From assembly GCA_001798715.1 (NCBI GenBank), contig MGSF01000045.1, positions 18,576 through 82,575 of the forward strand: 64,000 nt of DNA, in the 5' to 3' direction. The DNA is from Deltaproteobacteria bacterium RIFCSPLOWO2_02_FULL_50_16. Its GTDB lineage: Bacteria > UBA10199 > 2-02-FULL-50-16. The translations under genes were made by a program, and so were the position numbers. Below the pieces are notes generated by a model. It saw only the letters and a program-made list of their open reading frames with translations, was not told the DNA's origin and searched no databases. Shown piece after piece: positions 1 to 11,395 of the stretch; within the stretch, counting starts at the first letter, position 1, and the number at the start of each line of letters is the position of its first letter.

Positions 1-417
1 GGTGTGGGATATTGTACCCTCTATGGGGATATGAGCGGGGGATTGTCCGTCATTTCTGACCTTCCAAAAACAGCAGTTTACGATGTGGTTCGTTATCTGA
101 ATGGAAGACAAAAAATCATACCACAAGCCATTGTCGAGAAGCCCCCGAGTGCTGAACTCAAACCGAATCAGAAGGATCAAGACAGCCTCCCCCCGTACAA
201 CTTATTGGATGCCATTCTAAAATGTTATGTCGAAGACCATCTCGATTTTCAGCAAATTGTCGAGCAGGGTTATGATTTCAATACCGTCAAAAAGGTGATG
301 GAACTAGTGGACAGAAGTGAATTCAAGCGCCGACAGGCCTCTCCCGGTCTTCGAGTGACTGAAAAGGCCTTTGGGATGGGTCGTCGTTTTCCCATTGCTC
401 GAAAGATTTCTCTATGA
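1..417 (+). CDS. nadE: NAD+ synthetase, C-terminal fragment (5' end cut by the window edge)
   Basis: Translation GYCTLYGDMSGGLSVISDLPKTAVYDVVRYLN... matches the conserved NAD synthetase C-terminal region. The ORF runs off the start of the window. Confidence 0.8.
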   Translation, partial: GVGYCTLYGDMSGGLSVISDLPKTAVYDVVRYLNGRQKIIPQAIVEKPPSAELKPNQKDQDSLPPYNLLDAILKCYVEDHLDFQQIVEQGYDFNTVKKVMELVDRSEFKRRQASPGLRVTEKAFGMGRRFPIARKISL

Positions 418-1130
418 AAGACCCGTCTCCTTCCTTTGGGATCTTATATGTTGTGGCCACGCCTCTGGGCAACCTAGAAGATATTACTTTTAGGGCCTTG
501 AGGATCTTAAAGGAAGTGGATTATATTGTTGCTGAAGATACGAGACATTCCAGAAAATTGCTCACCCATTTTCAAATATCAAAAAAATTGATGAGTTTTT
601 ACGAGCATAATGAGGATAGCAGGATGCCTCAAATCATCACGGATCTTCAAGGGGGGCAGAATATTGCACTGGTGAGCGATGCGGGGACTCCCAGCATTTC
701 AGATCCAGGATTTTCATTGGTTCGCCTCGCCAGGCAACAGGATATTACTGTGGTTCCCGTTCCAGGACCTTCAGCGATTATAGCGGCCCTTTCAGCGTCG
801 GGTTTACCAACAGATCGGTTTCAATTTATTGGTTTCCTGTCTCCGAAGGCCGGGAAAAAAAAGAAATTGTTGGAGACCTTAAAGGATTCTCAGGAAACAC
901 TGATTTTTTTTGAGTCACCGCATCGTTTGTTGAAGACATGTCACTTGATGTATCAGATATGGGGTGATCGTATGATCGTGATGGCTCGAGAGATGACCAA
1001 AAAACACGAAGAAATCATGCACAAACCGCTCTCCCAATGGCTTGATATTCTACAAAAAAAACCCCCTCGAGGTGAAGTGACCCTCCTTGTGGCCGGAAAG
1101 GAAAAAGCCTTGATTAATAGGGGTTTTTGA
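414..1130 (+). CDS. rsmI: 16S rRNA (cytidine1402-2'-O)-methyltransferase
   Basis: ILYVVATPLGNLEDITFRALRILKEVDYIVAEDTRHSRKLL is the RsmI tetrapyrrole-methylase-like signature. ATGA overlap with the upstream gene. Confidence 0.85.
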   Translation: MKDPSPSFGILYVVATPLGNLEDITFRALRILKEVDYIVAEDTRHSRKLLTHFQISKKLMSFYEHNEDSRMPQIITDLQGGQNIALVSDAGTPSISDPGFSLVRLARQQDITVVPVPGPSAIIAALSASGLPTDRFQFIGFLSPKAGKKKKLLETLKDSQETLIFFESPHRLLKTCHLMYQIWGDRMIVMAREMTKKHEEIMHKPLSQWLDILQKKPPRGEVTLLVAGKEKALINRGF

Positions 1131-1214
1131 TCCATTTATTTTTTTATTTATGAAAATCAACTTGCGCTCAAAAGAAAAATATGCATAGTTTCAGCCACTT
1201 ATTGGTTCTTACGG

Positions 1215-1248
1215 AAAGTGGGCCCAAGTCTCTTTGCCCACTTTTTTT
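1215..1248 (+). terminator. Rho-independent terminator after rsmI
   Basis: AAAGTGGGC...GCCCACTTT stem followed by TTTTTTT. Confidence 0.5.
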
Positions 1249-1283
1249 ATTGGTACAGGATGTACTGAGGAATTCAAACTTGT

Positions 1284-1739
1284 ATGAACAAAGTTGTTTC
1301 TTTAGAGTCCATCGAGCAATTCTTAAATCCTCTGTTGTCTTCTATGGGTTATGAGTTGGTGGATGTCCAGTGGGTGACTGACAATCACCGCCGGACACTG
1401 AGAATATTGGTGGATAGAGAAAGTGGGATTACATTGGACCATTGCTCCTCACTGTCTCGTGAGATAGGAACCAATTTAGATGTTCAGGATTTTATCCCGG
1501 GGAAGTATTATTTGGAGATTTCTTCACCGGGACTGGATCGGCCTTTGAAGAAAAAAAATGATTTTAAGCGATTTTTGGGACATACAATTTATCTGCAGAC
1601 AAAATCTCCCATTGAAGGACGGTCGCGATATAAGGGACTGTTGGAAATGGTTCAAGAAGATAAGGTTCTTCTGGAAATTGATCATAAGGAATACTGGGTA
1701 CCATTTGAAGAGATTGCAAAGGCAAATCTTGTATACTGA
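1284..1739 (+). CDS. rimP: Ribosome maturation factor RimP
   Basis: Translated sequence is similar to RimP. It sits directly upstream of nusA-infB, the classic operon position. Confidence 0.85.
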   Translation: MNKVVSLESIEQFLNPLLSSMGYELVDVQWVTDNHRRTLRILVDRESGITLDHCSSLSREIGTNLDVQDFIPGKYYLEISSPGLDRPLKKKNDFKRFLGHTIYLQTKSPIEGRSRYKGLLEMVQEDKVLLEIDHKEYWVPFEEIAKANLVY

Positions 1740-1751
1740 GGAGGCTTTTTC

Positions 1752-3176
1752 ATGTTGACGGATTTAAATAGGGTTATTGAACAGGTGAGTAAGGACAAGG
1801 GAATCCCCAAGAAGGTCATTGTTGAGGCCTTGGAGCAGGCTATGTTGACTGCGGCAAGAAAAAAATTGGGGTTTCAAAGAGAAATCGAAGCTCAATACAA
1901 TGAAGAAGTTGGCGAAGTCGAGCTTTTTCAGTTCATGACGGTCGTTGATAAGGTTGCGGATGAATTAAACGAAATCGCTATTAAACAAGCTCGTAAACTG
2001 GATCCTGAGGCTGAAATCGGGGATAGCATTGGTCAAAAAATTGATAGAAAACTTTTAGGGAGAATTGCTGCACAAACTGCAAAACAGGTTATCATTCAAA
2101 AGGTGAGGGATGCGGAGCGTGACATAGTTTATGATGAATATAAAGATCGTGTAGGAGAACTGATTACTGGAATTATTCGTCGTACAGAGCGCGGCAACAT
2201 CATTGTCGATCTGGGCCAGACTGAAGCGATATTGCCACGCCAGGAGCAGGTGAGATCGGAGACCTATAAGAGTGGTGATCGTTTGCAGGCTTATTTGATG
2301 GAGGTACAAAAAGAATCCAGAGGTCCCCAACTTGTTTTGAGTCGGAGCCATCGAGGATTTCTGACAAAGCTTTTTGAAATGGAGGTTCCGGAAATAGCAG
2401 AAAAAATAGTTGAGATCAAAGTGGCCGCTCGCGAAGCAGGGGTGCGGTCTAAAATTGCTGTTTATTCGAATGATTCAGATGTTGATCCGGTAGGTGCTTG
2501 TGTGGGGATGAAGGGGTCTCGAGTTCAAAGTGTTGTGCAGGAACTTCGTGGTGAAAAAATTGATATTGTAAGTTGGGATTCGGATCCTGCCCGTTTTATT
2601 TGCAATGCCATTGCCCCAGCAGAGGTCGTTCGGGTTGTTATTCATGAGCACAATAAAAATATGGAAATTATTGTTCCCGATGATCAGCTGTCATTGGCTA
2701 TCGGACGTAAGGGTCAAAATGTCAGGCTTGCCGCCGAATTGACGGGATGGAATATTGATATCTTGAGTGAGAGTAAATTGGACGAGATGTCCAAGAGAGC
2801 CAAATATCTCCTGACTCAGGCCCTTGGAGTTGATGATAGTATGGCTCTTATACTTCATAGTCAATCATTCAAAACTCCGGATGAGATATCACAGGCCAGC
2901 ATCGATGATTTGATGAAGATACCCGGAATTAGTAGAGAGACAGTCGAGGCGATAAAATCGTCCGCAGAGGAATTTCATAAGAAAAAGACAATAGCCAAGG
3001 AAGAGGGCCGGGACTTGATACATGAGATCATGAAGCAATACGAGCAAGAGCGCTCCTCTGAAGCCCAAAAAGTGGAGAGCGCCAAAGTGGAGGAGATCCC
3101 TGATCAGACGAACCCGGTCCAAGAGGCTTCACCGCTTGATGCGGGCCATGATGTAAAGGAAACAAAGAATGTCTGA
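1752..3176 (+). CDS. nusA: Transcription termination/antitermination factor NusA
   Basis: 474 aa with S1, KH and C-terminal acidic repeat regions. Canonical position between rimP and infB. Confidence 0.95.
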   Translation: MLTDLNRVIEQVSKDKGIPKKVIVEALEQAMLTAARKKLGFQREIEAQYNEEVGEVELFQFMTVVDKVADELNEIAIKQARKLDPEAEIGDSIGQKIDRKLLGRIAAQTAKQVIIQKVRDAERDIVYDEYKDRVGELITGIIRRTERGNIIVDLGQTEAILPRQEQVRSETYKSGDRLQAYLMEVQKESRGPQLVLSRSHRGFLTKLFEMEVPEIAEKIVEIKVAAREAGVRSKIAVYSNDSDVDPVGACVGMKGSRVQSVVQELRGEKIDIVSWDSDPARFICNAIAPAEVVRVVIHEHNKNMEIIVPDDQLSLAIGRKGQNVRLAAELTGWNIDILSESKLDEMSKRAKYLLTQALGVDDSMALILHSQSFKTPDEISQASIDDLMKIPGISRETVEAIKSSAEEFHKKKTIAKEEGRDLIHEIMKQYEQERSSEAQKVESAKVEEIPDQTNPVQEASPLDAGHDVKETKNV

Positions 3177-5463
3177 AAAAACCAAAGAGATCATAGTTGA
3201 GAAAAGGGTAAAATCGACCATTATTCGACGCCGGGCAAAGCAAGTTGATGTTGAAGAGAAACCCCAAGAAATACTTGTCAAAGAGGGTGTTGCTGAGAAG
3301 ATTTCAGTAGATTTGAAGGCTGAAGATTCTGCAAAACCCATTGCAAGCGCAGAAGTCTCTAAAGATGTCAAAAAAACAGAAGCTGTTTCAGATAAGGCGG
3401 CGGTTGATAAAAAGCAACCTTCTACGCCTGTTTTGAAGATTGTTGAGGATGAATCTGAGATTTCAAAAAAATCTGCAAAGAAGCTATCCCGCAAACAGTT
3501 GATAGATGATTTTGAGATGGAAATGATTAAGCGCCAGGGGGGATTGAGGAAGATTGCCACCCTCGTTGATTTGTCGGTTAAGGTTCCCAAAGTCAGTGAT
3601 GTCATAGATCGTGTTGAACGAGTGTTTGAGCCTACACGCTCAGCTAAGGGGAAGAAAAAAGGGCTTTCTCAAAAGGAATTCAAAAAAACTGAAATCACGA
3701 CGCCCAAGGCCATTAAATTGGTCATTCCTATTGATAAAACCATTATTGTTTCTGATTTCGCAAAAAAGATGGGAGTTAAACTTTCAGATCTTGTTAAAAA
3801 GATGATGCAGATGGGCTCGATGGTAACGGCCAATCAATCCGTTGATTTTGATACAGCCAGTGTTATTGCCCATGAATATGGTTATACAGTCGAGAACTCT
3901 TCTTTTAGTGAAGAAAAATACATATTTCATCGTCAAGCAGATCAGGCCAAGACGAAGTCTCGCCCTCCTGTGGTTACTGTTATGGGACATGTTGATCACG
4001 GAAAGACTTCAATACTGGATGCCATCCGTAAAACCCGGGTTACCGAAGGTGAAGCCGGAGGCATTACTCAACAAATAGGTGCGTATGAGGTCGTTACGCC
4101 TAAGGGGAAAATAATTTTCATTGACACTCCGGGTCATGAAGCCTTTACAGCCATGCGGGCTCGTGGTGCAAGTTTGACTGATATTGTTGTTTTGGTGGTT
4201 GCTGCAGATGACGGTGTCATGCCCCAAACCATAGAGGCCATTAATCACTCGAAAGAAGCCAAGGTGCCTATCATCGTTGCTATTAATAAGATCGATAAAC
4301 CTGAGGCCAACATTGATAAAGTTAAAAATGGACTTTCTGAAAAAGGAATTGTTTCTGAGGAATGGGGTGGTGAAAATATTTTTGTCAAAGTTTCAGCCAA
4401 GACAGGCGAGGGTTTGGATCATTTGCTTGAAATGATTCTTCTCCAAGCGGAAGTCCTGGAATTGAAAGCCGACCCCACACTTCCGGCCGTAGGCAATATA
4501 ATTGAGTCAAAACTGGATAAAGGAAGAGGACCTGTAGCGACTGTTCTTGTTAAGGAAGGAATACTAAAGATAGGAGATTTTGTTATTGCAGGACAGTATT
4601 CTGGTCGAGTGAGGGCATTGGTCAATGATCGTGCTCATGATGTAAAAAAAGCTGGTCCTTCGGAACCGGTTGAATTGATAGGTTTAGATGGTGTTCCGGA
4701 TCCGGCAGAAACGCTTTATGTGATTGATAATGAAGATGATGCAAAAAGGATCACAGAACATCGCAAGAACAAGATTCGCTCTATCAAGTCTGGTGACCAA
4801 GGAGCAATGAAACTTGAAGATTTGTTTGCAAAAGTTGAGGCTGGAAAAATAGAAGAGCTGAAAATTGTTTTGAAAGCAGATACGCAAGGTTCATTGGAAG
4901 CGCTCAATCAAGCGGTTTCAAAAATAGGCAATGAAAAGGTTAAGGTGACGGTTATACATGACGCCGTTGGTGCCATTAATGAGTCCGATGTTATGCTCGC
5001 CCATTCTGCATCAGCTATTGTTGTTGGCTTTAATATTCGGCCCGATACCAAAGCGCGAAATCTCGCCGAAGTTGAAGGTGTTGATATCAAGATATATCGC
5101 ATCATTTATGAGCTTATTGATGATGTCAAAAAGGCCCTCACAGGTATGCTGAAACCAAAATTTGAGGAAGAATATTTGGGTCGAGCCGAAGTGCGTGAAA
5201 TTTTCACTATCAGCAAAGTTGGGGTTATTGCGGGATGTACGGTTGTTGATGGCAAATTGATTTCCAGAACCAATGCGCGATTATTGAGAAATGATAAAGT
5301 TGTTTATGAAGGCAAGATGATGTCTCTCAAAAGATTTAAGGAAGATGTTAAAGAGGTTATCAAGGGTTTTGAATGCGGCATAGGTCTGGAAAATTTTAAT
5401 GATCTTAAGATCAATGACACTATAGAGACCTTTCGACTCAATAAGATCGATCAATATCTTTAA
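3169..5463 (+). CDS. infB: Translation initiation factor IF-2
   Basis: 764 aa. GTPase motifs GHVDHGKTS and [12 protein letters not shown], conserved C-terminal domain. 8-nt overlap with nusA. Confidence 0.95.
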   Translation: MSEKTKEIIVEKRVKSTIIRRRAKQVDVEEKPQEILVKEGVAEKISVDLKAEDSAKPIASAEVSKDVKKTEAVSDKAAVDKKQPSTPVLKIVEDESEISKKSAKKLSRKQLIDDFEMEMIKRQGGLRKIATLVDLSVKVPKVSDVIDRVERVFEPTRSAKGKKKGLSQKEFKKTEITTPKAIKLVIPIDKTIIVSDFAKKMGVKLSDLVKKMMQMGSMVTANQSVDFDTASVIAHEYGYTVENSSFSEEKYIFHRQADQAKTKSRPPVVTVMGHVDHGKTSILDAIRKTRVTEGEAGGITQQIGAYEVVTPKGKIIFIDTPGHEAFTAMRARGASLTDIVVLVVAADDGVMPQTIEAINHSKEAKVPIIVAINKIDKPEANIDKVKNGLSEKGIVSEEWGGENIFVKVSAKTGEGLDHLLEMILLQAEVLELKADPTLPAVGNIIESKLDKGRGPVATVLVKEGILKIGDFVIAGQYSGRVRALVNDRAHDVKKAGPSEPVELIGLDGVPDPAETLYVIDNEDDAKRITEHRKNKIRSIKSGDQGAMKLEDLFAKVEAGKIEELKIVLKADTQGSLEALNQAVSKIGNEKVKVTVIHDAVGAINESDVMLAHSASAIVVGFNIRPDTKARNLAEVEGVDIKIYRIIYELIDDVKKALTGMLKPKFEEEYLGRAEVREIFTISKVGVIAGCTVVDGKLISRTNARLLRNDKVVYEGKMMSLKRFKEDVKEVIKGFECGIGLENFNDLKINDTIETFRLNKIDQYL

Positions 5464-5480
5464 TTTTTCACTTTTATATT

Positions 5481-5798
5481 ATGATTGTTGGTGTTGCAAG
5501 ATTGTCTTTTGTTTTTTTTGAATGTCACTCCTTGAAGGAAAGAAGAAGCCTTTTATTAAGGATTAAGAATAAAACGTCTAACAAATTCCCGGTTTCTATT
5601 GCTGAGATATCAGATGAGGCTGTTGCAGAGCATCCATTTTCAAAAGGGGGGGCGTGTCAGCGTGCTGTTATTGGTTTTGCTTCCGTTGGCAGCGAGACAC
5701 AACATGTGAATTCTATTATTGATAATGTCATTCATTTTATCACAGGATTGTATCTTGGTGACATTGTCGATAAGCGCATCGAATTTATTAATGTTTAA
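5481..5798 (+). CDS. DUF503 (YlxP-like) protein
   Basis: 105 aa beginning MIVGVARLSFVFFECHSLKERRS..QRAVIGFASVG, typical of the DUF503 family. It lies in the conserved infB-rbfA slot. Confidence 0.7.
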   Translation: MIVGVARLSFVFFECHSLKERRSLLLRIKNKTSNKFPVSIAEISDEAVAEHPFSKGGACQRAVIGFASVGSETQHVNSIIDNVIHFITGLYLGDIVDKRIEFINV

Positions 5799-5813
5799 AG
5801 TGTTCTTTTTCTT

Positions 5814-6167
5814 ATGAAATATCGATATGATCAATTAACAGATTTTATTCAGCAAGAGGTGGCTACGATTTTATTAATGAAGATCAGCAATCCGCTGCTT
5901 CAAAATATAACAGTAACGCGTGTTCGTATGACAAGGGATTTAAAATTGGCTCGTATTTTTTATGATGTTCATGCGTCCTCGGATGACAGGAAAGTTATTC
6001 AAAAAAACCTTGACAAATCAAAAGGTTATATAAGAAAGGAGTTGGCGCCGAAACTCAATACCCGATTTGTTCCTGATTTGGAGTTTTTATTTGATGATTC
6101 TCAGGAGGCCCTTGCCCGTCTTGATTCCCTATTTCAAAGGTTAAAAAAGAATGAAAGAGATCGTTAA
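5814..6167 (+). CDS. rbfA: Ribosome-binding factor A
   Basis: 117 aa, RbfA-like translation, conserved synteny. Confidence 0.9.
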   Translation: MKYRYDQLTDFIQQEVATILLMKISNPLLQNITVTRVRMTRDLKLARIFYDVHASSDDRKVIQKNLDKSKGYIRKELAPKLNTRFVPDLEFLFDDSQEALARLDSLFQRLKKNERDR

Positions 6168-7116
6168 GACATTTCAAGAGGCCCAATCCATATTGATAGT
6201 TTCTCATAGTCGACCCGATGGGGATGCCATTGGCTCGATGTTGGCTTTGGGCTTGAGCTTGCAGAGGCTTGGGAAAAATGTGGTTTATTATAATCAGGAT
6301 GCGGTTCCATTTAATTTGATTTTCCTAGAGCAGTCGAAATCGATTCAGCAATCTATCCCCAATAAACATTTTGATGTGACGTGTATTATAGACTGCAATG
6401 CTCCTATCCGCGTCAGTGCTGATTTTGGCAAGTTTAAAAATTACAAAAAGTTGATTATTATAGACCATCATGTTCCTCATCATTCGCCCTGTGGAGATCT
6501 AATTTATATTGATCCTCAAGCCCCAGCAGCAGGTGTGTTGATCTATAGGATCATTCAAGCCATGGGAATCAATATTACCTCATCTATTGCGGAAGCGCTT
6601 TATACAACCCTCCTTGTTGATACGGGATGTTTTCGTTATTCCAATACAACAGATGAGGTTTTTAAACTCGCACAGGAGCTTGTCATAAAGGGTGCCAAGC
6701 CCTGGAAAGTTTCTAATTTTCTTTATGATAGTTTTCCCCGCTCTCGTTTGAAGGCCTTGGAGCTTGCGCTTAAGACGTTAGAAATTTCTTCCTGTGGAAG
6801 ATATGCCTCTATCTTTTTATCTCGAAAGACGATGGAAAAATTAAAAATCAATTATGAGATTGTTGAAGGTTTTATTAATTATCCACGTTCGATTGATTCT
6901 GTAATAGTCGCTGTTCAGTTCAAGGAAGTGGGTCGCAATTTGTATAGGATTTCATTGCGTTCCAAGGGCAATTTTGATGTTTCAAAGATTGCATCACTTT
7001 TTGATGGAGGAGGGCATTGTAATGCTGCTGGATTAGAATTGTCCGGGTCTTTGTCAAAGGTGAAGAAACAATTATATGACAGGATCGAATTCTCTCTGGG
7101 AGAGTTGCGTGATTAA
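6151..7116 (+). CDS. nrnA: DHH-family phosphoesterase (NrnA-like oligoribonuclease / pAp phosphatase)
   Basis: N-terminal ILIVSHSRPDGDAIGS DHH motif and a DHHA1-like C-terminus (GGGHCNAAG). Confidence 0.8.
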   Translation: MKEIVKTFQEAQSILIVSHSRPDGDAIGSMLALGLSLQRLGKNVVYYNQDAVPFNLIFLEQSKSIQQSIPNKHFDVTCIIDCNAPIRVSADFGKFKNYKKLIIIDHHVPHHSPCGDLIYIDPQAPAAGVLIYRIIQAMGINITSSIAEALYTTLLVDTGCFRYSNTTDEVFKLAQELVIKGAKPWKVSNFLYDSFPRSRLKALELALKTLEISSCGRYASIFLSRKTMEKLKINYEIVEGFINYPRSIDSVIVAVQFKEVGRNLYRISLRSKGNFDVSKIASLFDGGGHCNAAGLELSGSLSKVKKQLYDRIEFSLGELRD

Positions 7117-7837
7117 CGGAATACTTCTTATTGATAAACCGGCGGGCTGGACCTCGCATGATGTTGTTAAAAAAGTCAAAAATTTGCTTCATTTAAAAAA
7201 GGCCGGTCACGCAGGGACATTGGACCCGATGGCCACGGGTCTCTTGTTATTGTGTTTAAATCAGGCCACGAGGCATGCCACTTGTTTATTGGCGGCTGAC
7301 AAGACGTATTTAGCGAGTTTGAGTTTGGGTCGGGCGACTGATACAGAGGATAGTGAGGGAAGGGTGATTCGTGAGAGGCCGGTTCCACTTTTATCTTTGG
7401 ACAAAATCAAAGATGTCCTTGAAGGTTTTATGGGGACCATTGAACAGATCCCTCCCATGTATAGTGCGATCAAACATCAGGGACGTCCCCTTTATCAATG
7501 GGCTCGTGCGGGTAAGACGATCGAGAGGTTACCCCGCCCCATAACCATAAACCAGTTGAAATTATTGAAATATTCTCCCAATCGCATTGATTTGTATATT
7601 GAGTGTTCCAAGGGGACATATATACGGTCTTTAGTCGTTGCCATCGCAGAAAAATTGGGGACTGTGGGCCATTTGACTCAACTCAGGCGGATGCGATGCG
7701 GTGATTTTGTTGTGGAGAAAGCCATCAGCATTCAGGATCTAGAACGAGAGGTTAAGAACGGGGAGTTTGATGAAGAAAAGCGAGTCATAGCTTTGGAAAA
7801 CAAGGCTTTACAAACGAAAACTGCCATGTTAGCCTAA
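7076..7837 (+). CDS. truB: tRNA pseudouridine(55) synthase TruB
   Basis: [19 protein letters not shown]...GHAGTLDP motif. The true start may be the GTG at 7109, since the ATG at 7076 overlaps nrnA by 41 nt. Confidence 0.9.
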   Translation: MTGSNSLWESCVINGILLIDKPAGWTSHDVVKKVKNLLHLKKAGHAGTLDPMATGLLLLCLNQATRHATCLLAADKTYLASLSLGRATDTEDSEGRVIRERPVPLLSLDKIKDVLEGFMGTIEQIPPMYSAIKHQGRPLYQWARAGKTIERLPRPITINQLKLLKYSPNRIDLYIECSKGTYIRSLVVAIAEKLGTVGHLTQLRRMRCGDFVVEKAISIQDLEREVKNGEFDEEKRVIALENKALQTKTAMLA

Positions 7838-7857
7838 AGTCAGAAAGTAAAAGACAT

Positions 7858-8124
7858 ATGCCGCACTCGTTGGAGTCTAAAGATAAGGTGATCACCAAGT
7901 TTCGCATCCATGAAACAGATACAGGGTCTCCAGAGGTCCAAATAGCCCTTCTGACGGAGAGGATTGGTCATTTGACCGGTCATTTTGAGAACCATGTCAA
8001 GGATCATCAGACAAGGAGAAGCTTGCTCAAGATGGTGGGAATGAGGCGGCGTTTATTGGCCTATTTAAAGGGAAAGAATTTTAACAGATATAAAAAAGTG
8101 AAGGCTGAGTTAGGATTGCGTTAA
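7858..8124 (+). CDS. rpsO: 30S ribosomal protein S15
   Basis: 88 aa S15 signature, upstream of pnp. Confidence 0.95.
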   Translation: MPHSLESKDKVITKFRIHETDTGSPEVQIALLTERIGHLTGHFENHVKDHQTRRSLLKMVGMRRRLLAYLKGKNFNRYKKVKAELGLR

Positions 8125-8145
8125 GAAAAATAAGAGAGGGCAATC

Positions 8146-8203
8146 AACTGATAATTTGCAAATAGTAATACTAAAGAGTATTAATATTTTAAAGTTATCA
8201 GTT
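8146..8203 (+). promoter_or_regulatory. Stem-loop in the rpsO-pnp intergenic region (candidate pnp leader / RNase III autoregulatory hairpin)
   Basis: AACTGATAA ... TTATCAGTT 9-bp inverted repeat enclosing an inner AATACT/AGTATT hairpin. Position matches the known pnp leader hairpin in other bacteria. Confidence 0.35.
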
Positions 8204-8276
8204 CTATAATTTTCTATTCTTTTCTTTTTCGTTAACACAATCCCCCCTAGCCTTATCTTTTTGGAAGGAGTTTGTT

Positions 8277-10379
8277 ATGGTTTATTCAGTGAGTGCTGAG
8301 ATATCAGGTCGAAAACTGACTATTGAAACTGGAAAGATGGCCAAGCAGGCGGGAGGGGCGGTTACGATCCGTTATGGCGATTCCATCGTGTTGGTGACTG
8401 CCACTATTGCCCCGGAAATCAAGGAGGGGACCGATTTTCTTCCGCTGACGGTTGATTATTTAGAAAAAACATTTGCTGTTGGTAAAATTCCTGGAGGATT
8501 TTTTAGGAGAGAAGGCCGCCCTTCAGAAGTGGCGACACTGACAAACCGATTTATTGATCGTCCCATACGCCCCTTGTTTCCCAAGGGATATTATTATGAG
8601 ACTCAGGTTATTGCCACTATTCTTTCGGCGGATCAGGAAAATGAAACCGACATCATGGCCATAACGGGTGCCTCGGCGGCCCTCATGATTTCTCAGGCCC
8701 CGTTTTTGGGTCCTATTGCGGGTGTGCGAGTTTGTCGTATCAATGGAAAATTGGTTTGTAATCCGAAGATTTCTGAAGCGGATCAGAGCGATATTGACCT
8801 GATTATAGCGGCAAGTCGTGAGGCCGTTGTGATGGTAGAAGGAGGGGCCAATGAAATTCCAGAAAAAGACATTGTTGAAGCCATTGCCTTTGGTCATCAA
8901 TCCATACTCCCTCTCTTAGATATTCAAGAGGATCTGAAGAAAAAAGTAGGTTTGGAAAAAATTCAAGTTTCTGTTCCTGAAATCAATCGTGAATTGTCAT
9001 CCAATTTTGAGAAAAAATATGCTGATGTCTTGGACAAGGCCTTTCGCATACCTGAAAAAATCAAACGACGTGATTCTATTCAACTGATCCATGAAGCCAT
9101 ACAAAAACAAGAAATACCTGAGGAGGATGATGGTACTATTCGATCACAGGTAGAATCGCTTTTTGGCGAATTGGAAAAGAAGATTGTTCGTGACATGATT
9201 GTTCGAGAAAAAAAACGCATTGATGGACGTGGCTATAAGGATATTCGGCCCATTACCTGTGAAGTGGGTTTACTGCCCCGCGCTCACGGATCGGCCCTTT
9301 TTACCCGTGGTGAGACCCAGGTTTTGGTGGCTTCCACCTTGGGCACATCTGACGATGAACAATTCATTGATTCTGTGACGCGAGAAATCACAAAACGTTT
9401 TATGTTGCATTATAACTTTCCGCCTTTTTCTGTCGGAGAGGCCCGTTTTCTTAGAAGTCCGGGAAGGCGTGAAATTGGCCACGGAGCCTTGGCTGAAAGG
9501 GCTTTGATACGCATGCTTCCCAGTTCGGAGGATTTTCCCTATGCCATTCGAACCGTTGCTGAAGTTTTGGAATCTAACGGTTCTTCATCTATGGCGAGTG
9601 TTTGCGGTGGGAGTTTGTCCTTGATGGATGCTGGGATCCCGATAAAATCACCTGTGGCTGGTATTGCCATGGGTCTTATCAAAGAGGGAGAATCTGTTGT
9701 TGTTTTATCCGATATACTGGGTGATGAGGATCATTTGGGTGATATGGATTTTAAAGTAACAGGGACTGAAAAGGGAGTGACCGCACTGCAAATGGACATA
9801 AAAATTACTGGAATTAATGAGGCTATCTTAACCGAGGCCTTAGAGCAAGCCAGACAGGGACGGTTGCATATTTTAGGGAAAATGAATGAAACACTTTCTC
9901 AGGCACGTCCAGAACTCTCACAATATGCTCCCCGTATACAAACAATGCAGATTAAAAGAGAGAGAATCAAAGATCTCATAGGACCTGGGGGAAGTAATAT
10001 TCGGACAATCATTGCCGAGACAGGAACAAAGATTAATGTTGATGATGATGGCAATGTCCAGGTTTATTCAGTGACGCAGGAATCTATGGAAAAGGCCTTC
10101 AAAATGATACGTCATTTGACGGCAGATCCTGAAATGGGTCTGATTTATATGGGCAAGGTGAAGAAGATCGTGGATTTTGGTGCCTTTGTAGAGATTATGC
10201 CTGGCCGAGAAGGATTGCTCCATATTTCTCAGATTGATTTTAAAAGAATTGATAAGGTCACCGATGTTTTAGAAGAAGGTGATGAGGTGCCTGTCAAGGT
10301 GATTGGCATTGAGAGGGATGGCAAAATCAGGCTGTCTCGCAAAGAAGCCCTTAGTGCTGGCGAGAAAGAGAAAAAATAA
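8277..10379 (+). CDS. pnp: Polyribonucleotide nucleotidyltransferase (PNPase)
   Basis: 700 aa, two RNase PH domains, KH and S1 C-terminal domains. Strong SD GGAAGGAG. Confidence 0.95.
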   Translation: MVYSVSAEISGRKLTIETGKMAKQAGGAVTIRYGDSIVLVTATIAPEIKEGTDFLPLTVDYLEKTFAVGKIPGGFFRREGRPSEVATLTNRFIDRPIRPLFPKGYYYETQVIATILSADQENETDIMAITGASAALMISQAPFLGPIAGVRVCRINGKLVCNPKISEADQSDIDLIIAASREAVVMVEGGANEIPEKDIVEAIAFGHQSILPLLDIQEDLKKKVGLEKIQVSVPEINRELSSNFEKKYADVLDKAFRIPEKIKRRDSIQLIHEAIQKQEIPEEDDGTIRSQVESLFGELEKKIVRDMIVREKKRIDGRGYKDIRPITCEVGLLPRAHGSALFTRGETQVLVASTLGTSDDEQFIDSVTREITKRFMLHYNFPPFSVGEARFLRSPGRREIGHGALAERALIRMLPSSEDFPYAIRTVAEVLESNGSSSMASVCGGSLSLMDAGIPIKSPVAGIAMGLIKEGESVVVLSDILGDEDHLGDMDFKVTGTEKGVTALQMDIKITGINEAILTEALEQARQGRLHILGKMNETLSQARPELSQYAPRIQTMQIKRERIKDLIGPGGSNIRTIIAETGTKINVDDDGNVQVYSVTQESMEKAFKMIRHLTADPEMGLIYMGKVKKIVDFGAFVEIMPGREGLLHISQIDFKRIDKVTDVLEEGDEVPVKVIGIERDGKIRLSRKEALSAGEKEKK

Positions 10380-10950
10380 GCCTTTTGACTTGTTTGTTGG
10401 TTTGGGCCACTGATTGAGAATTGTTGATAATATAATCGACAAACTTATTTTTTCGGTGTGTTGGTATTTGAGAGGCCAAACGATCTTTTATTTCTTCTAA
10501 GGACACTCCTTTCTTAAGAAGCCTTTTTATTTGAACTTTTCTTGAAGATTCAACAAGACAGATTATGTCATACTTTTTTTGGAGTCCGGTTTCAAAAAGG
10601 AGGGGAGTTTCAATAACGACAATAGGGGATTTTTTTTTGTTGAGTGTATTTAATTGACATTTAAGGAGTCGTTTGACTTCGGGATGAACAATGGAATTGA
10701 GTTTTTGAAGGGCCTTGGGATCCTTGAATACGAGCTGGGCCAGTTTTTTACGGAGCAATACCCCGTCAGAGCGGCGAAAATATTTTGTTCCAAATATTTT
10801 TTGGAGTTTTTTAGAGGTAGGGGAACCGGGGTGCACGGCCCAACGAGCCAACCGATCTGTGTCAATCGTGGGAATTTTTGATTTTCTGAAAAGTTTGGCT
10901 ACTGTTGACTTGCCTGATCCTATATTTCCTGTGAGACCTATTTTAATCAT
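10351..10950 (-). CDS. coaE: Dephospho-CoA kinase
   Basis: MIKIGLTGNIGSGKSTVAKLF P-loop. Its 3' end overlaps the pnp 3' end convergently by 29 nt. Confidence 0.85.
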   Translation of the reverse strand: MIKIGLTGNIGSGKSTVAKLFRKSKIPTIDTDRLARWAVHPGSPTSKKLQKIFGTKYFRRSDGVLLRKKLAQLVFKDPKALQKLNSIVHPEVKRLLKCQLNTLNKKKSPIVVIETPLLFETGLQKKYDIICLVESSRKVQIKRLLKKGVSLEEIKDRLASQIPTHRKNKFVDYIINNSQSVAQTNKQVKRLIFSLSRQH

Positions 10951-11395
10951 GTTTATTTGAATCTTCTTTTGGACCTTTAATTTTTTTAATTTGCAAAATG
11001 AAATCGATCAAAGGCAACACGGCCTTTTCCTTGTATTCGACAATTTGGTTGATCATCTTCTCTTCCATCTCCTCGGATTCCTCGCGAAGAAGTTTGGTAA
11101 CAGTTTTTCTAACAGCCTCGTATTCCGGGGTTAACCTTTCATGGGTATGCGCCAGAGAGGGATTTTCTAGCTCCTGTTTTTTCATTGTCCAATACAAGTG
11201 ATCGGCAAAATCATCCTCATCCCATTTTTTCTCTATCTTTTGATGGATCTCCATCAATTTGTCATAAATTCCGATGTCATCAGGAGAGAGCTCATGGGAT
11301 AATTTATATTGCTCCAGGGCTTTTTTTAGATGGCCCTTTTTGTAAAGCTTTTCGCCTTTGGACTTATAATAGTCTGCATTTTTTCGTTTTTTCAT
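10943..11395 (-). CDS. Hypothetical protein with an N-terminal TPR-like helix pair
   Basis: 150 aa. YYKSKGEKLYKKGHLKKALEQYKLSHELSP reads as a TPR-like motif. Translationally coupled between cca and coaE with 4- and 8-nt overlaps. Confidence 0.5.
   Translation of the reverse strand: MKKRKNADYYKSKGEKLYKKGHLKKALEQYKLSHELSPDDIGIYDKLMEIHQKIEKKWDEDDFADHLYWTMKKQELENPSLAHTHERLTPEYEAVRKTVTKLLREESEEMEEKMINQIVEYKEKAVLPLIDFILQIKKIKGPKEDSNKHD

Noticed and set aside
3129-3605. 158-aa minus-strand ORF
   Set aside because: Entirely antisense to the nusA/infB junction and the infB N-terminus. Low-complexity Ser/Thr-rich translation typical of a shadow ORF.
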